Part shown: positions 52,835 to 64,000 of the stretch, piece after piece
Position numbering within the stretch: the stretch's first letter is position 1
How the letters are laid out: each line of letters opens with the position of its first letter
Program-made: the position numbers and the translations under genes
The notes under the pieces: model-generated
The model's input: only the letters and a program-made list of their open reading frames with translations
Databases searched by the model: none
What the model was told of the DNA's origin: nothing
NCBI RefSeq assembly: GCF_009834535.1
Contig: NC_045696.1
Location: 18,106,001 to 18,170,000 of the forward strand
Length of the DNA stretch: 64,000 bases
DNA from: Camelus ferus
Taxonomy: Eukaryota
Direction: 5' to 3'

Positions 52835-55341
52835 CTAAACACTTTAAAGGGAGGGGGAAAAGCAACATATTCCTTTGACCTTTCTCTCTCTTTCTCTCTC
52901 TGGCTTTATTTATGTTTATTTATTTTCACAGTAATTCCAATATCAAGTCTCAAGCAATATTCAACTTGGCAAAGACAGTCCAATAAGCTCTCCAGTCTCA
53001 TTTCTGATCAAATCTCAGAGAATATTAATGCCAAATTGCAAGTTTCCTTTAGCAAGTTTTGTGCCATCTCCATGACTCTAGCAGCTGAACTTTCCTACTA
53101 TTTCACTAATGGAACCAGAAGCTTTAAACTCCTAAAATACAAGGTCTTTCCAATGCTTTCAACCACCACAGTTGAGTCGAGTCTGTTAGCTATTACTGCA
53201 AAGAATATCATCAAATAGCCCATACCAAATTCAGCTTATTCTTTCCAGAGAATCAGAAAATTATGGCCATTTGGATCAAATGAAGCAAAACATACTGTTT
53301 CATCTCTTTTATATGTGTTTGCTTAGTCGGAACACAGGGCTACGTGGTCACTACATCCTGAAGAGAATTTCTGGAGGGGCATATAAACCTCTCTGAGGCA
53401 TCTGGAATCTTATAAAATGATACATTTTCACATAGTCCTTTGGAAATATCACTCAATCCATTAAATCATCCTCTTCAATCAGATATGCATATTGAAGTGT
53501 TTCTTTGGCAAGTTAATGTATATTTAATTTACTCATTTCTGATTAATAACATCAATATGCTTAACTTGGTATTTTCAAACTAAATATATTTTCCTAGTTT
53601 TATAGAATGATTCAGAGACTTCTGATAGCTTCCACTGGTTTCTTTATCCAATTACTAGCATATATGGGGAAAAAAGGGCAGTTGCTGTTTTCTAGGTTTA
53701 TACCTTTCACAATCCAATCCATTCTGCTCATTTAATGGCTTTAATTGCCTCCTTGAAACATCAGACTGACTCTGTATGGTAAAGCAAACCTATGTTACAG
53801 ATAATAAAAACATAGAAACACACCTAGCATTCTAGACACTGCTTTTTCCAATGTACAATATAAATACTAAAGGTCATTTTTTAGATCATAACTCCCTAAT
53901 TATGGTTAATATTTTACTGAGGAAGAAAGGAAAAATTATGACATGGCATTATTAAAGTTAAAAAAATAAACTAAAATGTTACCAGATACTTTCTCATCTG
54001 TCTCATCATTGCCACAGCATTTCAAATATGAAAATTTAAAAATAGCCAGGTATTTTGCTGGAAGATCACAAAGCATCTGAAACATATGTGTTAATGAGTT
54101 CAAACTCTACTCCTCTTTTTAAAACAAGAAGCAAAGTTTTCTGGAGGGTATTTGGGTAAATCTTTTGGCAGAAACTGCTGTGCATTTACATTTTGATATG
54201 CATTTAAAAGTGCTGTAAGATTGTGAATCTGTTTAGGGTGATATTTAGTTTACATCCTTGAGATGATTTTTTTTAATTGTAACTAATTTAAGTTGATGTA
54301 TTATTCATTCGAAAGACTGCATTGACTCAGAAATGTGACCAGCTAAAAGAAAGTAAATCTAGCTTTAATCACACACTGCGGCGAGGACAGAATTGAACAG
54401 AACTTAATTGTCTTGGCCCACAAAAATGCTGACGCTAATTTCGATTTTTTTTTTCTGGAAATAATTGCAACACCCAATATGGACTCCTTTTGAGACTTTA
54501 TAAGCCAATCACACCAATATTGTACATTTATATGGATTTTTATTTACTTTCTGGGAAAAATAAATCAGAGCAATTTCCTGCTAAATAACACATGCTGGTC
54601 ATTAACAGAAAGCCAAAAAAATGTAATGTGCTTCTGGGAAAAATGACATTCCTAACGAATGACATACAAAGCCAAAGTGTCTATGATAGCAAACGTATGT
54701 GGAATAAACATCTACTAATTTTCAGTAATTGTTTCTAATTTTATCTTGATAGTCTCTGGACTAAAGCTGTAGGTAACTGAGAATTATCTTTATCCAACAT
54801 CACTGCTCCAGTGAACATATAAAGATGAATGCTTTAGAGAGAAGTTGGAAAGTAAAATAAACAAACAAATTAGAGAAAAAAAAATACAGGAGATGTGAAT
54901 TCTGATTCTTTTTTCCCTGATCAGCTGTATTAACTTAGAAAATTTATAGAATATCTCTAACTCACATTTTATTAACTTTTAAATGTAAGATTATGACTAA
55001 ATTTTTTAAATAAAATAAAATTATGACCACGATACCTAAACCAAAGTAGTTTTTCTGTTTCATACCAAATTATAGCAACCTTACAAAATGTCACACAAAT
55101 TCCTTACTTATTCACATATAATTTGCTATCATAACTCTTTTAATGATTGAAACTTGAGAATTCTCTCAATATAATGAAACACTATTTTATATTTAAACAA
55201 AGAGGGTCTTGTACATATCTAATATAATCCTATAACCTTTTTAAAAAAATGAAACTATAGATTTTAATTAATTCTTAATTTGACGGAAATCTTTTTTTTA
55301 AAACATTGTTGACTCTTGAGGATGATAAAGAGCATTGTGCC

Positions 55342-56213
55342 TACATGAAAAAATGTTCAATATCACTAATTATCAGAGAAATGCAAATCAAAACTACAAT
55401 GAGGTATCACCTCACACCAGTCAGAATGGCCATCATTCAAAAGTCCACAAATGACAAATGCTGGAGAGGCTGTGGAGAAAAGGGAACCCTCCTACACTGC
55501 TGGTGGGAATGCAGTTTGGTGCAGCCACTGTGGAAAACAGTACGGAGATTCCTCAAAGACTAGGAATAGACTTACCATATGACCCAGGAATCCCACTCCT
55601 GGGCATATATCCACAAGGAATCCTACTTCAAAAAGACACCTGCACCCCAATGTTCATAGCAGCACTATTTACAATAGCCAAGACATGGAAACAGCCTAAA
55701 TATCCACCCACAGATGACTGGATAAAGAAGATGTGGTATATTTATACAATGGAATACTATTCAGCCATAAAAACCTACAACATAATGCCATTTGCAGAAA
55801 CATGGATGTTCCTGGAGAATGTCATTCTAAGTGAAGTTAGCCAGAAAGAGAAAGAAAAATACCATATGAGATCACTCATATGTGGAATCTAAAAAAAAGA
55901 ACATAAATACAAAACAGAAACAGACTGACAGACAAAGAATACAAAGTTGTGGTTGCCAAGGGGGCTGGGGGTGGGAAGGGATAGACTGGGAGTTCAAAGT
56001 TTGTAGATACTGACAGGCATATGTAGAATAGATAAACAAGATTATACGGAATCTTGGGAAATATATACAAGATCTTGTGGTAGCTCACAGTGAAAAAAAA
56101 TATGACAATGAATGTATGTATGTTCATGTATAACTGAAAAATTGTGTTCTGCATGAATTTGATACAACATTGTAAAATGATTATAACTCAATTAAAAAAA
56201 AGAAAGAAAAAAA
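55342..56213 (+). mobile_element. Young 5'-truncated L1 (ORF2 C-terminus, 3' UTR, polyA), camelid-type
   Basis: [29 protein letters not shown]...[18 protein letters not shown]...YHMRSLICGI* with one frameshift at ~55555; 15-bp TSD AAAGAGCATTGTGCC at 55327-55341 and 56214-56228. Confidence 0.96.
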
Positions 56214-57644
56214 AAAGAGCATTGTGCCCAGAGTACAGATGCCTTGGTGATAATAGGTAAAAAGTTGATATGATTGCCATAATTTTGTTGATAATTAAAC
56301 ATCTTAATTCTTTATTGAAACTAAGGATGTTACAGTCATTGCACGGTCAAAAACTAAAGCTTATCCAATACCTGCCTTGAAAATCAAACATTCAGAAAAT
56401 ACAATTATTACTTTTGAGGAATTCAGGTGGAAAGTTTTATTACTTTTATTAGTACTATTTATACTACAAGTTCAAAATTATATTTATACCTGGAAATGCA
56501 CATTCCCCAGGTAGAAATTAAATCTCAAAATCACTCAAATGCCCTCTTTTAATACTTAGTTTTCTTAATTCTTAAATAAACTTAGAGCACATTTTGATAT
56601 GGCATGCCTCTTAGTTGGAATTAATATATTATTTGTAACATCTAAAATCCAGTATTTGTGCTAATCTTTTGCATTTTTATGTCCTTTCCAAATTACCTAC
56701 ACAAACATGTTTATTTTGGTGATCAGAAAATGGAAATAAAAGAAGAAAAAAGGGTAAAACTTCCACATAATTATAGATGTAGATATATAGATTTAGATGG
56801 TCTTATACCAAAAAACAGAACAAATGCATGAATAAAAGGACTAGCAGTGAAAAACTGGATTGATATATATGTATTCAGTATGTCTAAGAACAGACAGAGT
56901 TAAGGATACAGTAATAGGATGACATTTCATCTCAGGTACTCAGAGCATATTTTGCATTACTCTTTGTTTTTACTTTCTGAGACAGACTGAATAAGACAGG
57001 ATTTGCTTTCCAACTTGTCTCTGCAGCTCAAAAGTCCTACTACAATTGCTGCCTTAATATTCATCTGCAGATCTCATTAACAGTTAAGCTAAAGGAAAAA
57101 CAAAACATCTGACAGTTTATAAGTGAAACGATGGCTGAATGAGAGCTGAAAATAATGACAGATTAATGTTATTTAGAAAATTGGCAATAATTTACATATG
57201 TTCCCAGTGTCAAAGAGAGGATGCGAATACTGGTTACGTTGTAGACAGACAACTTTCTGCGACTAGATACTTTTTGAAATCAAAAGTAACACTATAATTT
57301 TAGTCATAGTTAAAACGCATTAAATGCATTTATATATACATATTTGTGTATGTACATATATACACATACGTAAATCATTACATGTAAATAGAAAGATGCA
57401 TTTATACTATACATAATATGTATAAATTTGTATGTAATGGATTTACGTTTGTGATTTCGTTTAATCCTCACGGAGAGCAGCAGATAAACAACCAATTAGG
57501 ATAAAATAAATATCCCCAAGTAGGAATGGTTAAAAAGTGCCTAAACTGATAAAGACATGACTCGCATCCTAGAGGTAAGTAATATTTAAGAACAAATAAA
57601 CACAATTACAGGAATAAATTTTACCAAAAAACAAACCATACACA

Positions 57645-58205
57645 GGCGGGCCTGGAACGCATCCGTGGGCGCAGGGCCTACCTGTGCTCAGCTCGGCTCC
57701 CGGAAAACGTCCTCGCCGTCAGCCTCCGTCGCAACTGCCGGAGGTGGTTACCTGGCGTTTTTGCGTGGTGACCTCGCGACCCGGGGTCCTCTCTGTCGTG
57801 ACAGCCGCAGCGGCACGAAAAGGAGCTGGGCACTGCCCTGCTGCCCAGGTGCCCGGGCTGGAGCCGGTCTCCAGGCTGTGAGCGCCGCCCTGCACCTCAG
57901 ACACAAGGGCACCACCGAGGACCCGCCGGGGCTTCGGGGCTGGGGTCCGGGACAGAGGGAAACCCCTCTGAGTCTTGAGGAATGGGTTTCTTGGGCCAGC
58001 CGCCCTTTGGAGGGCTCATCCTGCAGACACCTGGAATTCCCAGCGAACTCCGGGCTCCCAGACCGCGCAGCCCGCAGCCGCCTGAGCAGCCAGGCGCCGC
58101 CTCGAGGCTGTTCTGAGCCTGCGCCCCCAGGAGCTCGCTGTTCCCAGGAGCCTCCGCGAGGATCCACAGCCCCGCCTTTTCCCCGTGGCTTAGCCCTTCC
58201 CGTGG
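57645..58205. promoter_or_regulatory. CpG island, probable promoter and first exon (likely minus strand)
   Basis: Abrupt GC- and CpG-rich ~560-bp block in an AT-rich background; minus-strand donors CAG|GTAACC (57752/57751) and CAG|GTAGGC (57682/57681). Confidence 0.8.
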
Positions 58206-61200
58206 TAATTGCAACAACTAAAATAACATCATTTATCCAAAACGAACAAACAAAAAGTATTTCTAACAAGTGGAATTTCTAATTTGCTCTTAAGAGTTGT
58301 CCCTATAATGTCTTCAAACCTTAGCGTGGTTTAAGAGGGTCACCCAAGAGGTTTATTTTTGTCATTGTTTTTGTTGTTACAAAAGTCGTTGTTACAAAAA
58401 CGTAAAAAGAACAATTTATATACACTACACAAATCTAATATTTATAAATAATGGCCATGACAATTAAATTCTGTTTTCTACAGTAAGATACCTAATACAT
58501 GATGACTCCTACCACAGTCATATTAAGAGAGTTATAGTATTTGATCTTTATGACAACACTGTTTTGTACGTATGAAATAAAAGTAGAGCTTTAAAGTGTA
58601 ACTAGAGTATTATGTAATGAAAAAACTGAGATTCTGATCAATGTAGTCTCAGTTGCAATCCAAGCTCTTAATCTTTGTACCTGTTTGTCACTTAATATGA
58701 GGGAAAATAAAAATGAGTATAATATATATGATTCAAAAAGTCAAAATATTGATTTAAATCATTGGTCAAGTATTCATGTGGATAAATCCTGTAGGTATAA
58801 ACTGAAAATTAAGGGCTCCATATTGAAATCAGGTATGATGACATAAGTTGGAAAATTAGTAAAATAAATACTAGATGAAAGATAATCATGCAGAAGAAAA
58901 TTTCATGGTACTGAATTTATGTGAGAAGGAGCTATGTCATGTGCTCTGCCTATATTTTATTTTCACATCATATCCTTCCATATCTTTTGATTATGCTAAT
59001 AGAGATGGAAATATTTCAGTTTTGGTATTAGCAACATTTTTTCAAAGAAAAAGAGAAAAATAATGTAGTAAAATAAGGTTAAAATAGATACATTGACACC
59101 TACAATATCAAAGAGTAAGCAGCCTGCCCTTTCTGCATCAATCTTCATTCTCTTGTGAATCTATTAAGACAAAGAAGTATAAGGACATTAAGAAAAAAAC
59201 ACATCATTGCTCTAAAAAACTTGTTCCTCTAGATTTAGTCCAGTTTATGAGAGGTCATATGATGACTCAGCCATGTTGAAAGGTTAATAGTCATGTGTAG
59301 TTGTCAAGATCCTAGCACTGTCGCGTGATCCTCCTTCCCCTGAGTCATACCACAGTGAAAAGGATTAAGTGAGCTATAGTGAAACTACTATGGTAAAATT
59401 ACTCTATTAGAAAATGTAGTGGTAAGAAATCAATTTTCCCAGAATTCTCTAGAACAGAAAACAGTTCAGTTGCTTACTTCAATGAGAAATAAACCTTTAA
59501 TCATCAATCATTTGGAAAAAAAAAAAAAGAAAACATCAATCATTTGGGGAAAAAAAAAGCAACAACCAGGCAAAAATTAAGACTTATTTAGGTGACTAAT
59601 AAATGCCAAAATAGTAAGGCCTTCCAGCAATAATAAGACTTTGAGAATCCATTCATTAAACTAATATTCTTTCTTAAAAACTACACAAATAATGTGTTTT
59701 AATTATATTATTTTATTGCATATTTATGACTTTTACAATAATAATAATTAGATAATTAGATAAAGTAATTTATTTGAAATTATGTCTCATAAACACTGTT
59801 GATAATTAGACACATTATTTCTTTTATTTCTATTTTACAAATTATGCTTCACAGTCACATATAAAAGGATCTTTGTTCATCCTTTCAAATTCAGTATCCA
59901 GGAAGCTCATGAATAGAGAACTCGTTTATTTTTCACAAATAACATTACATGCCATTATTATTTCAATATAGAACTTCTCAGATAGGCATATCTGAGAATA
60001 GTTAGGCTCTATTTAAATTAAAAGAACAAATTATGGAAATTTCAAATCAGTATATACAAATCCATTAAAAAGCAAAGCAATTCAAATACCAAAGTATTCT
60101 TTCTTTGAATTATTCAGAATAAAAGTAATAATGGATCTATTCCATGGATATGTAAACCATAATTGGTCTAGAATTTATTTTACTGAAATTTAAGCAAAAG
60201 TTCACTAATTACATTTGAACAGAAAGTCATTCATTGTCTTCTACTCAGTAATTACACATTAGCTCTTACTTATTTTATTCATGAGTGTAATCACTCCAGT
60301 GACCCTAAGCTTGGTGAGGAAAGATTTTACTTGTAAATATTTTTAGTGGATGATTAAAGAGCAGCAGAGAGCTTTACCACTGCTCCTCGAGCAAAATGGA
60401 AACACTGTTCCTGATGATTATATAATAGATGATTTTCCTCTACTTATTGGCCCCAGCACAGCAAAAATGTACGTGAGAATAAAAGTATTACTTTTTGTAA
60501 AATAGCATTCACATATCTGTGCAATAAGCTTGGAGAAATTATGAAACAATGGAAATAGAAAGATACTGTTACTTTCTTATTTAAATCCATACTATGTTAT
60601 TTTCCACAATGTAAACTGTAACATTCTTTTCAATGTGTTATTATTACAGGAAATCTGTTCTCTTGTAGCTATAATAAACGTAAATGGTGGGTAAGTGTAT
60701 TACTTTCTGCAACTCAAAATGCTTTTAGACACTTATCCATGTCAAACTATTAACAGTGCCTAAAACGGATGGCTAATAAATTATGTTTGAAACAGAGAAA
60801 ATTATACCTTGACTCTTGAAAATGTGGTTATTACGATTTTCAGTAGTTAAAATAGAAGTAGAGAATTGCATTTTTACTAACTGAAACAGAGACACTGTTA
60901 TTATGTAATGTTTTACCCTTTTTTAAATTGAAATCTGTATGTACATGAGAATTTAAAGGATCAAACAAGCAAAATAGGTACCACCTGTTTCTCTTTTTAA
61001 GTTTAAAAAATTGCTGTACCTGAAATTTTGTCTGAATTCTACTTGTTTCGTAATATAACTTACAAATGTAACTACTCTGCATAGTTTACAACTTTATATT
61101 TACTTGCAAAGTTAAATACGGTTATTGTGAAAACCCCATAGTATCCAGCTCTGTGGAACTAGATAACATTAATTGGAAATTGTAATTCATTAAAGGTTAT

Positions 61201-63256
61201 AGGCTAAATGTACTACCTTTAGCAAAGATGTTATTTAAAACTATCAGAATTGTTGGGGATGATAATAAAAATCCAGTGCCAGTTTTTACTTTAGATCTTG
61301 GGTTACCTTGGGTTTTACTTGTAAGCAAATAATAACAAAAATTTTGACATCTTAATATTTTAATGTGTTTTATTCTTTCCTTAATTCACAGTTTTGATTC
61401 TTATGCAGTAAAGCAAATAATAAGGTTTACTAGTGTAAAAAGAGGCATAAAATAGGAAAAAATAATATAACTTTCTGCACTTAATGTAGCACATTAAAGA
61501 TAAGCTTAGCAACTGACAATTTCTTTTAATTCATGTCATGCAGTCAACCTAGATATATTTGACAGTGTGTACACAGTAGCTGCTAGTGACCAAACAAATA
61601 AATGGATGAAAATATGAATATATTCTAGCACTTAAATTCTTTCAGTTAAGTACCAAATATTGTTTTATATGGGCATGAGAAAGTCAAATTACTTGTAAAA
61701 ATCTGCAGTAGTATGAAGAGTTCTAAATATATACAAAAATTTGCTTTTATTTTGCTTTAAGAGATAATTTTTCCATCAAGAAAAATTACTTAGTGTAGTG
61801 GTGGCCAGGAATTACTGTGTGAAAACAGAAACAGTTTTCAAAAATGTTTTGTTATAAGTAGCTTTAAAGATGTCTAGGTAGATTCTTAGAATTTACCAAG
61901 AAGGAAGGTGAAAAGACAGATTAAAAGTAAGAAATACATGTATTAAAAATATAAGTATTTTTCTTTCTAGATTAGATAAGAGAAGAAAAGCAAGATATAC
62001 ATTTGGCATTTATAAAAACAAAATGAATTTTTAAAAACCATAATTTTTGAAAAAGATTTCCCTAGTTCTATTAAAACATTGTTAAATTATTCAAGTACGA
62101 GATAAAAAATATTTTCAGTTTTACAAGAGCTTTCATGTAACTAGTAAAATATGTAAACTCTCACTTCTTAAATTATATTTGAAATATGTTCTTTTCTTTT
62201 TTCAAAAGTTATTTGTTACTTAAATACAAATGAAAAAAAGTAACGAAACGATATATGACAATGCTATTTATGTGCATGAATTAATTTCTTAAAATATTGG
62301 TGACTAAAGTGGGTAGAAGAGCTTAAGTAACGTTAGATTCCCAATGTTAGATCCCCATTGTAGATAATAATGCCTGTCACTATTTATAGGGAACCTATTC
62401 CAGATTAGGAACTTTTCATGAAGTTCTTAAACTCTTTATACATACATATGACTTTTTTTTTATTTTACAGATGAATAGGATCAACTATAATGGATAAAGT
62501 CAATTACCCAAGATCACACAGTTTAAAAATTCAGGAAATTTGATTTCAATATGCTGCTGGTATAACCATCCGTTATTCAACTGACTTGCATCAGATTGCA
62601 AATCAGTTCTTTTATTAGTCATTGGACAGACTTCCAATTTCTTCTCAGAGAGTAGAGAGCTTACAAGAGTGTTGTTCTTATCCACACAAGGAAAGAGGTA
62701 CTACAGGCTACACATGCTTGCCTTTTTTTGATCCTATTGGACAAAGTAAGGTTACAGCAGGGGAAAGAAGACTCAGTATATAGAGGAAGACAAGTACTTG
62801 CTATGCAAATTGAGACATAACTTGATTGTATGGGGAACACACAATAGTACAGAGTTCACATAATTCAGTAAGGGCTATTTTATTTTATTGTATTGTATTT
62901 ATGAATGGATGGGAAATACACGTGTATTGACAAAAAAATCACACGCAACCCTTATGGCATACTGGTGTTAGAGGATACTATATCAACTTACAGATTTTTT
63001 TTTTCTTAATAAACTCCACCATGTGCTAACAAAAAATGATTAACAAGTGCCCTAAGAAAATTTCACTTACAGTTCAAACATAGGGAAGAGGAAGAGCAGC
63101 ACCTGCGTGAGAAGCATAGTAACTATAATTAGATGCTTTTCTTCCAGTACTCTGTGGAATAGAAAGCTCAGTCTGCAGAGAGAGACCAACAAATAGTGTT
63201 TAAATTATGACGCTGGTGAAGAGGCATTTAAGTTGGGGAAAAGGGGTCCGGGACTG

Positions 63257-63263
63257 ACACACA

Positions 63264-63302
<39 letters not shown>

Positions 63303-63321
63303 GCACGCACGCGCGCGCGCA
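63257..63321. repeat. Compound microsatellite (CA)n(CACG)n(CG)n
   Basis: Directly visible alternating purine-pyrimidine tract of ~65 bp. Confidence 0.97.
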
Positions 63322-63696
63322 CTGACATACACACTCTCCACGCCCCAGAGGAGGGGCAGGACTACATACTGGGCTCTGCACTTCCGTCAGTGGAGGTGCT
63401 GCCACGCTGAGAAAGCCACCCCTGCAAGACCCAGGGGCATGGTGCCTGCCTAACATGGAAATTTAAACAAAGCAGTCACTTTTATACTGCTCCCCTCACT
63501 AACGGACTAACTGGTGCAAATAACATATAACAGCAAAATATTTCGGGATAAGAGATGGAAAAGGGATGTGCGTGAAAAAGAGATCCACACTAGGGCACAG
63601 CATAAAAGAAACAGTCTAACGCTGAGAGTGGTGTAGACATCGGAAACACCTTCTGGAAAAGCCAGACTCTACCTAAAGACAAGGTTATAACAAGCA

Positions 63697-63899
63697 CAAT
63701 AATTCTCAACTGTAGGTCACTTTACCCTATCCCAGGGGATGTTTAGCAATATCTAGGGACAATTTTTTTTGTAATGACTGGCATCTAACATCTAGAAACC
63801 AGCACTGCTGCCAAACATCTTACAAGATAAAGGAAATCTCCCCATAAAAATATTTACCTAATCAAAAATGTGAGTGCTGCCAGAGTTGAGAAATACTGA
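63697..63899. mobile_element. MER20 hAT-Charlie fossil
   Basis: TTCTCAAC...CCCAGGGGATGTTTAGCAATATCTAGGGACA...CTGCCAAACATCTTACAA...GTTGAGAAATACTG. Confidence 0.8.
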
Positions 63900-64000
63900 A
63901 ATAGAATAGTTTTAAGTTTTGTGCCATGAGGGGAAGCATAGTAAAAACAAACTTTAAACCCAGTGCAATGTCTAATAGTTTAATTCAAACTCCCAAAATA

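Noticed and set aside
52757..53218. 153-aa plus-strand ORF
   Set aside because: Runs through a (CT)n/(TTTA)n low-complexity tract, no recognisable homology, no supporting gene structure
55306..55892. Two ORFs (85 and 144 aa) as host genes
   Set aside because: Frameshifted halves of the L1 ORF2 C-terminus
57665..58282. 205-aa (+) and 173-aa (-) ORFs over the CpG island
   Set aside because: Overlapping Pro/Gly/Arg/Ala-rich ORFs on both strands with non-ATG starts are expected from GC content alone; no recognisable domain
63205..63456. 83-aa Cys/Val-rich ORF
   Set aside because: Translation of the (TG)n microsatellite

Overview
AT-rich, repeat-dense mammalian nuclear DNA, most likely camelid. 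That is inferred from the 3' UTR of the youngest L1 as I recall it and from the absence of Alu, B1/B2, Bov-A/BovB, Can-SINE and PRE1 SINEs. No intact protein-coding gene can be confirmed. Much of the window is old L1, L2, MIR, MaLR/ERV LTR and hAT-type MER sequence. Well-supported items: (1) a ~1.75 kb ancient NUMT (16S 3' end, trnL, ND1, trnI, trnQ, trnM, ND2 5' part) at ~25390-27140; (2) a 5'-truncated LDHB processed pseudogene with a 20-bp TSD (49239-49746); (3) a young 5'-truncated L1 with a 15-bp TSD (55342-56213); (4) a young solo LTR nested in an MLT1 (3474-3796); (5) a perfect 47-bp inverted copy of ancient L2 sequence pasted into an LTR 789 bp away (28405-28451 / 29241-29287); (6) a CpG island with minus-strand splice donors (57645-58205), suggesting the 5' end of an unidentified minus-strand transcript. 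More speculative: a decayed leukotriene-B4-receptor-like GPCR relic at ~37559 and candidate minus-strand exons. I found no convincing novel multi-gene system. Repeat family names are by-eye recognitions, and boundaries of old repeats are approximate.
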